Of a stretch of DNA of 64,000 bases, positions 1 through 12,491 are shown piece after piece. Both the position numbers and the translations under genes were made by a program. The DNA lies in the NCBI RefSeq assembly GCF_006345805.1, contig NC_043005.1, forward strand, positions 20,584,001-20,648,000, given 5' to 3'. The notes under the pieces were generated by a model, which saw nothing but the letters and a program-made list of their open reading frames with translations, did no database searches and was not told the DNA's origin. Every line of letters starts with the position of its first letter. Position 1 is the stretch's first letter. The stretch is from Octopus sinensis (lineage: Eukaryota).

Positions 1-133
1 TCCAATGAATTATTTGTTTGTAATAGATTGTCCATTTAAAATGAATTATGCACCAGATGCTATATAATATTTAATGTGTGTGTGTGTGTGTAAGTATGAA
101 ATGTATTTCTTGTTTTCTTTCTTTTCTTTCTAG

Positions 134-364
134 CTGAAGGTGTTTTAATATTTAAAAAAGCTTCGATACCAGGTTATGATACATTTGGTCAGCTGAAAAA
201 TGTGAGCTTAAAGGAGTGTGAGCATACTTGTTATCAAACTCCAGGATGTAACTCTTATGAGTATCAAGAAAGTTCTAAAATTTGTGATCTGAGTAATGTG
301 ACCCACTTGATTCGTAACCTCGAACCTAATGCTGAAGATTGGGATACTTATGTCATTAACCCAG
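134..364 (+). CDS. Exon B1, PAN/apple domain type B
   Basis: ctttctag|CTGAAG...AACCCAG|gtcagt, 231 nt; [76 protein letters not shown]; PAN core CxxxC-x5-C-x11-C. Missed by the ORF track (no ATG). Confidence 0.9.
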
Positions 365-1223
365 GTCAGTAGAGTGTTTTCACTTTATTTTATATGCGTG
401 TGTATGCATGTGTGTTTGTTTGTATTTACACATATGTACATGTGTGTGTGTGTGTTTAAGCTAATAAAACTGGGAATGTTAAAAGCCAAAGAGTTCTAAT
501 GTTTCTGTTGAGTTTTCAGCAGTTTCCTAATCCACTCAGTTACATCATGAAATTCAATACAGATATGTATATATGTGTGTGTGTGTCTTTTATCTTTTGC
601 TTCTTTCAGTCATTTGACTGCTGCCTTGCTGAGGCCTTGAAGGGTTTTAGCTGAAGAAATTAACCCCAGGACTTATATTTTTAAAAGCCTGGTACTTATT
701 TATTAGTGCCTTTTGCTGAACTGTTAAGTTACGGGGATGTAAGCACCAGTTATCAAGCAGTGGTGGTGGTACACACACAGACTCAAAGACACACACATAG
801 ATATATACATATATATATGATGGGCTTCTTTTAGTTTCCGTCTACCAAATCCATTCATAAGGTTTTGGTCAGCCCAAGGCTATAGAAAACACTTGCTCAA
901 GGTGTCAAGCAGTTGGACTGAACCCAGGACCATTTGGTTGGCCAGCAAGGATAGTGATGTAAAAACACCAACACTGGTTGTCAAATGGTGGTACAAATGC
1001 AGATACTAAGACACATACATATAGACATATATATATTTATATATATACACATATATATACATACATATCATCATCATCATCATCATCATCATTTAACGTT
1101 GCTTTCCATGCTAGCATGGGTTGGACGGTTCAACTGGGGTCTGGCAAGCCCGAAGGCTGCACCAGGCCAGTCAGATCTGGCAGTGTTTCTACAGCTGGAT
1201 GCCCTTCCTAACGCCAACCACTC

Positions 1224-1291
<68 letters not shown>

Positions 1292-4200
1292 GTATATATA
1301 CATATGTATATGTATACATACATACATACATACATACATACATACATACATACATACATACATACATACATACATACAGGGTGCGATGGGTAAATTGTCA
1401 CCATTTTATATTTAATTTCATGTATGTGCATTGTATAGTATAGTAGGATCAACTGGGCACTGTCTGTGAAAAAAACAGCACCATGGCACAATTCACTCTG
1501 CCAGAAATTGGGAAATGACATGCTGTACTGCTTGGCATTTGCACCGGAAGCTCCGATGCAAACATTTTGGAGTGTTTAGGTGTCAATCTGAGGACAGAGC
1601 AGAGAGGATTCGGAAAGAGTTGGATGAGTCAAGGTGATTATGAAGGTATGGCAGCTCAGAAAACTCCCTCTGATTGTTCTGAGAAAAGAAAAGAACTCTT
1701 AAATTTGTTGGTGAGATCCAGGCTATGATTGATGATGGTCAATCTCCAAGTCAATCAGGTCCATCACCAGGGACATGGCAGTGTCTGAATTTCTTATTAA
1801 GCAGCTAGTACATGAAGAGATTCGATATTCTTCACATAAGATGAGAAAGGGCTTATCTTAATCCCAGGCCATCAAGGACAAGACAGAAAACCACACTATG
1901 AAGCTTTTGAACAAACTCAAGCATCACCTCCAACTGAACATGCTTTGATTTTTCTCAGATGAGAAAATTTCTGCCAGGATCAGATGATGAACACACAGAA
2001 CAGCCATTGGCTTGCTCTGTCCCAAAACATGTACTGAGAGTGATAAAAACCAAACATCCAATCAACATCCTGGTGTTTGCAGTAATTGCTAGTGATGGCA
2101 ACGTTATGCCTCCATTCATCTTCCCACATGTCCTCAGACTCATCATGGTGTCAACATTAAGTACCAGGAGGAGGTACTGCTGCCCTGGGTCAAGAGAGTG
2201 GCTGCTAGAAGACCCTATGTCTGGCAAGAGGAATATGCACCATGCCACACAAGCAGCAGAAACCAGTTATGGCTGTCAGACAATTTCTGCGATCACATCA
2301 CCCCTAGCATCTGACCACCTAACTTCCCTGATACAATCCCTTTGATTATCATGTGAGGTGCACAGTTGAGTGAGAAACCAACAAAACTGCTTATAACACC
2401 AAAGATGAACTGAAAGCAAGGATTATGGCAACTTAGGGAAATTGTCCAGGAGAGTTGCAGGATATTTGGAAGTTGTCTGGAGGCCATGATTGAAGCCAAT
2501 GGCGATTTTATTGAAAAGAATTTTCACCTTAGCATTTCATGATATTTTTATGTAATTTTGGTAAATATATTTATTTTCATTTTTGTGTAATTTTGACAAC
2601 AATTTATTCACCACACCCTGTATATATATCATCAACATCATCATCGTTTTTAACGTCCGTTTTCCATGTTGGCATGGGTTGGATGGTTCAATTGGGGTCT
2701 GGGAAGCCAGGAGGCTGCACCAGGCTCCAATCTGATCTGGCAGTGTTTCTACAGCTGGATGCTCTTCCTAATGCCAACTACTCCGAGAGTGTAGTGGGTG
2801 CTTTTTACATGTCACCAGCACAGGGGTCAGAGGAGGCTGGCATCGACCATGTTTGGATAGTGCTTTTACATGCCACCAGTACAGGAGCCAGAGGGGGCTG
2901 GCATCATATATATATATATACATGCACAAAGTGGTATCAAAAGGTTCTCAGACTAGATATGGTTAATAAAAAATAACCTATTTACCTACCTTTTAACATT
3001 CTCCTTTGAAATAGTTACCCTGTGCAGCAATACACTAGTCCCAGCATTCCTGCCACTTTCAGAATCTAGCTTGGAAGTTGTTTCGGTAAGTGAACCAAGG
3101 ACCTTTTTGATTCACTCTGGATCTTGACAGTGTTAAAATGGCAACCTTTGAGCTGCATTTTCATCTTGCAGAAGAGATGGAAGTCGGCAGAAGCTAAATC
3201 TGGCAAATAGGGCAAGTGCGGAATCAATACCCCGTTGCTTTTGACAAGAAATTCTGTTTCTAATTCTACTATCAGGTCATCCCATAAGTTTTGTCTGAAT
3301 TTTGAATAAAGAAAACAAGTGATCAAATGCTATATTGAAATTTAATCATTAGTGTACTTTCCTTGATTATCTATGACTTCCTTCCATCTATTTACAAGCT
3401 TATTAATCCCATCAATGTAAAATCTTTTGGTTTCAAAGCAAAGAACTCTGAAATGTCAGTATCGACCTCCTCCTGGCTTGTGAAAGTTATGTCCCCCAAA
3501 TGATTCTGTAAACTACAAAACAAATGGTAGTCTGAAGGAGCAAGGTTGGGAGAATAAGGTGGATGAGGAATTTTTTCCCAACCAAGCTCTTCGATCTTTT
3601 GTGATGTGATCTTTGCAGTGTGGGGTTGCACATTGTGCTGATGAAACATCACTCCCTTGCAGTTCACTAGAGCAGGTCTTTTTTTCTTCAAAGCTTGGTT
3701 CAAATGCTCTAATTGTTGACAGTAGACTTGAGCATTGATTGTTGCACTAGATGGGAACAATTCAAAGTGAATTACTCCTTTGCAATCCCACCAGATAGAG
3801 AGAAGAACCTTTTCCCAATGAAGTTCCCTTCTTGGTTGTGGTTGAGCTTTTTCCCTTTTACCAAGCCACTGTTTGTGATGTTTAACATTTCAATAGAAGA
3901 TCCATTTTTTGTCACCAATCACAAGTTTATCCAAAAAGGGTGAAATGAGTTCACGAGAATGGAGAGAAGAGCAAATGTCAGCTTGGGATTTGCAGTTGCT
4001 TTTGAACAATTCATGAGGCACACATTTTCCAAGTTTAGGAACCTTTCCAAGTTGTTGAAGATGATGATGAACAGTTGTATGGTTTGAACTAAGCTTTATT
4101 GCCAGTTCTTCAACTGATAATGCAGAATTTTATTCAAGTAATGCCTAAAGGAGCTTATCATCAAACTCAACTGGATGTCCTGTTTGATCTTCGTTTTCAA

Positions 4201-7200
4201 GACTGAAATATCCACTTCTGAATTTTGTAAACCATCTTCTGCAAGTTCTTTCATTCAAGCATTCTTTCCCATAAACTGAGTGTATGTTTCGAGTTGCTTC
4301 GGCTGCAGAATTTCCTTTTTCGTACTCATAAAACATTATGAGCCTCAAATGCCCTTTGGATACTTCCATGTTAGAAAGGGTTTTAATCAAAGAAAATTTA
4401 ATTCTATTATTATAATAATATTTAATTAGCTTAGATGTACACAAATGCATAAAAATAATTTTTAATTCCATTAGACATTTTAGAATACTATTAAATTTCA
4501 TTCAATTTTAAAATAAGGTAAAATCGGACAGAACTTACGGGATGACCTGATCTATATTTATATTACATTCATATATATATATGTACACATGCATATATAT
4601 ATATATATGCACACACACACACATATGTACAAATAAATGCATGCATGCATACATACACACACACATGCATACATACATATTTGCATGTACTTATATTTGT
4701 GTGAAAATGTCTTCCATTTGCTTCACTCAATATCATCTATTCTAAATTAGTCATTTTTACTTCATTGTCTTCCACTGCATGACATGCAAGCAATCTTGTT
4801 ATCAAGTTCTCTTTTCAATTTCAGTTACACTGACCATTGACTGTGGACCGCCAAAAGATGTTGCTGGTGCATCAAAGGTTTACAAAAACACAGCCTATAA
4901 ATCTGAAGTGACCTATAGCTGTCGAGATGGACCAAGCAAAAAGTCAGTATGTGGAAAGAACAGTAAATGGACTCCAGTTGCGCTTATTTGTAATGGTAAT
5001 GTAGATAACTTCTTTATTATTGTTTCTTTCTTGGTGATCTCTATATTATAATTCTGAAATGCGAAAAGTTTGTTTGTTTGTCTGGTTTTGGAATTGAGAA
5101 CGGGTTAAAGGCCACTAGATCTCGTCGAATTGACTCCAAAATTTACAGGGACATGTAAAATGAGGTGAGGATGCGAGTGGGCTAGGATAGAAATCCCCAT
5201 CTTAAAAGGTGTCGTTGCTTGGGCCAAAAACGCACTTTGACAAGTCTCCTCTCATTCTTTTATGTATCTGTCTTCCTCCATCACTCTCTTTCCTCCCTTT
5301 CCATCACATTCTATCTATAACGTCGTTTCACAGCGTCTATTATCTTACCCTCGCCGCCATCGCATTCTATTGTCTGCTTGTCTTCCTCCATCTCTCTCTC
5401 TCTCTCTCTCTTTCTCTCCTCCCTTCCTTTCACTTTCTCTCTATAACGTCATTTGATAGCGTCTATTATATTTCCTTCGCCAGCACTGTCACTCTCTCTC
5501 TCTCTACGTCTGTCTGCATTCATAAAGAGAATTATCATCGCCAGCACCACCACACAATCATGATAATCTTTCTCTTAAAACAAATCATCTTTAGGTTTCA
5601 AAATATTTCATTTTTCAGTCCTCTCTTTCATATATCACCTTTTCTTCCTCGATCTCTCTCTTTCCCTCTTCTCTCCATTTTCTCTCTCTCTATAACGACG
5701 TTTGGCACCTCCGCCGTCTCTCTTTCTTCTCCAACGCGTCTCTCAATGACAGCCGCAAAAGTTTAAATATACCTACCACAGGTCTTTCAGAAAGGTAACA
5801 GATATTATTTATTTTTGCGTGGATAAAAAGAATTTATTTGTATGCTCAAGCCGACCGTCGTTAACAAAAATTTTTCTGTAAATTTGAAAAATTTTCCAGT
5901 TTTGAAATATTTAGGAATTCTCTGTTACATCAAGCTAAAAAATTTGCGCCAGCCTTTTAAATCGTCAATGTGTTGCCGTCCATGATGAAGAAGTTTTGAA
6001 TGCTTGCCATGGTGAGTCTACTGTCGTGAGAAAGAATCACTTCAAAACTTGGTGTTAAGGAATTTTCTTTTACATCAAGTTCAAAATTTTATGCCAACCG
6101 TTAAACTGCCACTACGTTGCTGTCTGTCGTTAAGAAATGACGGCCATGGTGACTCTACTATCCTCAGATTCCGTCCCTTCAAACTTTGGTTTCCAATATT
6201 TTTTTTTTCAACTCGCAAATTTGTCTGTCCCTTTTAAATGTTAGTGTTTTGCTGTCTGCCTTGAAGCAGACCTTTCCGTTGTCACTGCCTGATATTTATG
6301 ATTGATCTTTCAAACTACTTTCTTTCTCAACTTACTCAAGATCTTTTGTTGTTTATAAATGGGAGATAGATAGATAAAGATAGAGAGTAAGAGAAAGCGA
6401 GGGAGAGTCCGAGAGAAAGGAAGAGTAACAGAGTGGGAAAGGGAGAGAGAAACAAAGAGGGAGAATCATCATCACCCTCATCATCATCATCATCGTTTAA
6501 CGTCCGTTTTCCGTGCTAGCACGGGTTGGACGGTTTGATCGGGGTCTGGGAAGCCAGGAGACTGCACCAGGCTCCAGTCTGATCTGGCAGTGTTTCTACA
6601 GCTGGATACCCTTCCTAACGCCAACCACTCCGTGATTGTAGTGGGTACTTTTTTCGTCCCAGGGGGGGAGGGGTGCTGACAGCGGCCACGATCGGTTGGT
6701 GCTTTTTACGTGCCACCGGCACAGAAGCCAGTCAAGGCGGCACTGCTATCAGCCACGTTCGGATGGTGCTTTTTACGTGCCGAAACGATGCAACAGAAAA
6801 TAACAATCACACTCTTACCCGTGCGTAGAGTGGGTCACCTTAAGCTAGTTAATATTTATAAATATGAAATGCGAAAAGTTTGTTTGTTTGTCTGGTTTTG
6901 GCATTGGAACGGGTTAAAGGCTACTAGATCCCATCAGATTGACTCCAAAATTTACAGGGACATGTATAATGAGATGAGGACGTGAGTGGGCTACATTAGA
7001 AATTCCTGTCTTAAAAGGTGTGGTTACTAGGGAAAAAGCGCACACTTTGACAAGTCTTCTCTCATTCTGTTATCTGTCTGTCTTCTGTCCATACTCTTTC
7101 CTCCCTTCGTTTCACTTTCTCTCTATAATGTCGTTTGACAGTGTCTTCTATCTTTCCCCCCGCCGCCTTCACTCTTTCTCCCACATTCTCTCTCTCTCTA

Positions 7201-10200
7201 CGTCTGTCTGCATTCATAGAGAGAATTATTATCGCTACAAACCACAAAATCATGAGAACAAATACTTATGAATCAGATAGCCTTAAGGTGACCCACTCTA
7301 CGCACATCTCCCTCTTTGTTCTCTCTCCTTTCGCTCTTACTTTCCAACTCTCTTACCTCCCTTTCTATCGGACCAAAGTTTGAAGGGATAGAACCTGAGG
7401 ATAGTAGAGTCACCATGGCTGGCATTTCTTAACGACGGACAGCAACGTAGTGGCAGTTTAACGGCTGGCGTAAAATTTTGAATTTAATGTAAAAGAAAAT
7501 TCCTAAACACCAAGTTCTGAAGTGATTCTTTCTCATGACAGTAGACTCACCATGGCAAGCATTCAAAATTTCTTCATCACGGACAGCAACACATTGAAGA
7601 TTTAAAGGCTGGCGCAAATTTTTTAGCTTGATGTAACAGAAAATTCCTAAACACCCGCTCCTGTAAATTTTAATCCCCTTCCAGGCCCATTTAGACCCCT
7701 TTTCACATTTTGGTTAATATAACCCGATTTCATTCGGGTCTACACGGGCCACATTTTATAAGATGAGAAATTTTGTCCTAGAGGTCACGCCTTTCATTTG
7801 AGGAAAAAAATAGTTGCCATGCAAACTCGCCAGCACTCTTAACATAGGTGTACATATTTTCAGCTCAACCGACCACTTGGTGTTTAGGAATTTTCTTTTA
7901 CATCAAGTTCAAAATGTTACGCCAGCCGTTAAACTGCCACTACGTTGCTGTCCATCGTTAAGAAATGCCAGCCATTGTGACACTACTCTCCTCAGATTCT
8001 ATCCCTTCAAACTTTGGTTTCCAATATTTTTTATTTTTATTCAGCTCACAAGTTCGTCTGTCCCTTTTAAATGTTAGTGTTTTGCTGTCTGCCTTGAAGC
8101 AGAATTTTCTGTTGTCACTGCCTGATATTTATGATTGATCTTTCAAACTACTTTCTTTCTCAACTTATCAAGATCTTTTGTTGTTTATAAATGGGAGAGA
8201 GATAGATAGAGAAAGATAGAGAGTAAGAGAAAGTGAGGGAAAGTCCGAGAGAAAGGGAGGGTAAGAGAGTGGGAAAGTAAGAGAGAAAGGAGAGAGAAAC
8301 AAAGAGGGAGAATGTGATGATAAAAAACAGAAAGGAAGCAAGAAAAAGTAACAACCACACTCTTACCCGTGCGTAGAGTGGGTCACCTTAATGTAGTTTT
8401 GTTATATTTTTTTGTTGTCTTTGTGAGAGAAATTCTGTAAAACCCAGACTCGAATATCAAAGTTTAAAAGGTTTTAATCGACTAAAAATACAGTAATATA
8501 CATAACAAACAAAGATTGCTAAATTGTAAGGAAAACCAAACTTCAATGCAATAACATTTTTATGCATTCTACACTAACTAAAATCAAACTGAACATGTCT
8601 GCAAACAGAACAGAATTCCGCGCAGTCGCACTGCAGGCATATAACAGCAATCGAGACAATCAAAATCATGTGATCAAAACAAAAATCACATTTTCCCTTC
8701 TAAAGAAAAAAAAAGAACAATTAACCAACAAAATGTAAAATACAAACATAAACATGGGCCAATCACAACAATGTAATAATGAGGCTTTTCATAAGCGTAA
8801 CACATGATCAATCATAAATTTAAACTATCAGGAACATTTTTTGTTCTGGATGAACGCCAGTGCAAAGTAGTTTGAGTTTCTGATTCTTGTGCTGGTGTAG
8901 GTGGGACAGAATCGATCATGGTATTTGAAAAATCACCACGGTTTTCATGCACTTGAGTAGAATCAGTGTCAGCAACATTAGTTTGATCCTTACTTAACTG
9001 ATACTCCTCAGTCATGTTCCCAGTAGGAGCGAAATCTCTAATGGACACAGTACTTTCACGTCCATCTGGGTACTGTACCCTCCCGTGGTTAGGGTTAATT
9101 TGTACCAATTGGGCTTCATCTACTAACAGATCATGCTTATTGCATACATGTCATTTAACAAATACTTTGTCAGGTCCTTGCATTAACCAAGTAGGAACAG
9201 AAACACCACACATAGAACATCTAGGAAATTTAAAGAATCTCTCATGCAGTGTCTCATTAGTTGCCTGCATAATAATGAATGTTGCGAATGTAAAACTTCT
9301 GGAAGCACGACTTCCCATTGAGAAACTGGTATATTTCTGCTATGTAAGGCCAATTTAATGGAATTCCATATTACTCCATTATACCTTTCACATTGAGCAT
9401 TCACACGAGGATTGTACACAGTAGAATGAGTAATCGCTATACCCCTATCATGCAGAAATTGTTTAAGTTCTTTGGATACAAAACATTTAGCATTATCACT
9501 ATGAATAACAGCAAGAAATCCGAAAAGATTAAACAAAACCTTCAAATTACTAATAACGGAATGAGCACTAGTATCAGTGCAGGGAAAAATAAACGAAAAA
9601 CATGAATACTCATCCACAACAGTTAAAAAATAATGGTTCTTTGACACTGAAGGTAGGGGTCCTTTAAAATCAACACTCAATCTTTCAAAAGCTTGAGTAG
9701 ATTTAATTACTGACGAAACAGAGGTTTTAGTAAAGCAAGGCTTCACCTCACAACATATTACACAATTTTTAGTTATACGCTTTACATCATCTACAGAGTA
9801 AGATAGATTCTTAACTTTAATATAATGAAACAATCGTGTGATTCCAGGATGACACAGCGCTGCATGAATACAATACAGTTCATTATCAGTCGTAGCTGTG
9901 CAATAAGTATGCGATAAAGTATTAGATGCAGCATTAAACTTGCCTTGGCGGTAAATGATATCAAATTTATACTGGGCTAGTTCGATTCGCCAACGCATTA
10001 TCTTTATGTTTTTAGGTTTACTGCGCTTTTGACAATTAAACATAAAAGCCACACTGTTTTGACCAGTTATTAGTGTGAAGTTACGTCCAAGAAGAAAATG
10101 AGACCATTTTCTCACAGATTCCACAATTGCCATTGCCTCTTTTTAAATACAAGAATAACGACACTCATTTGGGATGAGGGTTCTTGAATAAAATGCAACT

Positions 10201-12433
10201 GGCTTTCCGTTTTGGTGTAAAATGCCAGCTATAGCTACTTCTGATGCATCTGATTCTATTGAGAAAGGAAGGATTTCATCAATCACTTTTAAAATAGCGT
10301 TTGCTAAACCATCTCGTAAAGTTTTTAAACTTGACTAGGCTAGTTCACTCAAAAGAAAATATTTAGTATCAACCAACGGTTTTATCTTGTCAGAGAATTT
10401 GGGAATCCATTTAGAATAATACGCAAATAGACCAACAATTCGACTCAATGCTTTGTGGGTACTAGGAATAGGTAGTTCTAGTAAGGGTTTTACCCGGTCA
10501 GGGTTAGGTTTCAAGTTACCATTTTGAATTTCATAGCCAAGCAATCGAATCCGTGTAGTGCTGTAAATGCATTTGGTATCATTAAAAGTTAAATTACAGA
10601 CCTTAGCAACTTGAAGAAAATGTTTTAACTTTCGATCATGTTCTTCCTTCGATTTACCGCACACAGTTATGTTGTCGATATATGCAAAATTAGCTCTACA
10701 ATTATGGCTTTCGATTATATTATCGATCACTCTCTGGAAACAGGGTACTACATTTGTAAGTCCAAAAGCAATACATTTGCTTTGATACAATTTTCCCTGC
10801 GCTTTGAAAGCCGTCTAAGGTTGATCTTCGACTGGAATCTCACCTTGATGATATACACTTTTGAGATCTAGTGTGCTAAAATAATTTAATTGAGCTATTT
10901 TTGTGACCATATCATGCATATTTGGCAGTGGATATCCATCTAATTGCGTAAACCTATTTATAGTCTCACTATAATCAATACACAGTCTCTTGCGATGATT
11001 TTCTCCTGATATTACCAATACCTGGGCCCGCCAGGGAGAAACACTGGGTTCAATTAGCCCTTCTGCCAGATCTTGGCTTATAGTATCAGCAATAAATTTT
11101 TCATTATTGGCGGACTGTCTTCTCGATTTCGTAACTATGGGTTTACAGTCAGTGTTTAAATTTTCAAACAACCTCAGTGTAATGTCATGTTAGAGCTCTC
11201 AAATGTAACAGGTGCTTATTACCGTCAAAGGTAATTTGTACATGTTGATGCTGTTTTAAGAAATTTTGTCCTAAAATTATATCTACAAACAAATTATCAA
11301 GTACCACCAGGTTTACTTTCTCATAATTTCTTCCATGAAGTTCAATTGAACTCATACTATAACCGTTGCTTTGGGAATGATTTCCATTGACAGCCATGTT
11401 AATTTCATTCTTTTCAGACTTCACCACCAATTTGTTTTTCTTTGCAAAGTCTTTGCTAATATGATTCATAGTAGAGCCGGTATCAATCAAAGCAAATGCT
11501 TTCACACCATCGACTTTTATTGTATAATTAACTTTAGTAGCAGCTCCAACTTGACATAAAGCCATGGCGAAGTTGCCATCATCAAGAGCTGCTGATGTCT
11601 TACCAAAATTTTTAGTTACTTGACTGGCATTCTTTAGCAAAATGACCAAAATATTCACATTTGTAACACTTGCTCCACCTAGCAGGACACTTAAACCTCG
11701 GATGAAAATCATTAGGTCTGCAAAAAGTGCAGGATTTTTGAGTTCGTTTTGTCACTGAACAACCTGTATTTCCACCAGGAATTGAGATTTTGTCTTCTTC
11801 ACGTGGAATAAACGTTGACAAACAGCTTCCCTGGCTGTTTATAGCAGACTGACTGCTATTATACACTTTGAAATTCCTTTGAGCAACTTCCAGCGGACGG
11901 GCTTGGTTAAATATCGCTTCTAAAGTTATCGCCGCATCTTGAATATTTTCTAAAAGTCTAAGGCGAGTTGAAGATGACGTTAATCCCGAGATAAATGCGT
12001 CAAGAACAGCTTCATTTTTGTGAGTCTCAGCGTCCACAGCTCTGTACCCGCAATCTTTAGCTAGTCGTTTCAATTTCTATAAATAGTCGTCAACTGATTG
12101 ACCTGGTTCTTGTTTGCATGTCATTAAAAGGTATCTCGCAAAAATAATGTTCAATGGTTTCACGTACATTCTCTCCAGAGTTTCAATTGCTTCTGAGTAA
12201 TTCTCACATTCACATATGAGTTCGTAAGTGTCTTTATCTATGTGTGCTATTAAACACCTAAGTTTACTTTCATCCATGATAGGCGGTTCAGCAGGAAATG
12301 ATACTAAAAAATTTTTTAAAGTTCTGAACCAATATTTCCATTCTTTTGAAGCTTGATTTGAACTTCAATCAGTGATACACACACACACACACACATGCAC
12401 ACACACACACATGCATGCACACACACACACATG

Positions 12434-12491
<58 letters not shown>

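Noticed and set aside
978-1521. ORFs rich in YI, HTYI, poly-H and poly-S (also near 12316, 38169, 41883, 56151, 59575)
   Set aside because: Translations of microsatellites and SINE tails; no coding signal.
8812-12277. Long gag/pol ORFs as a functional or domesticated gene
   Set aside because: Multiple frameshifts and stops, missing 5' LTR and gag start; an ordinary decayed Ty3/gypsy.
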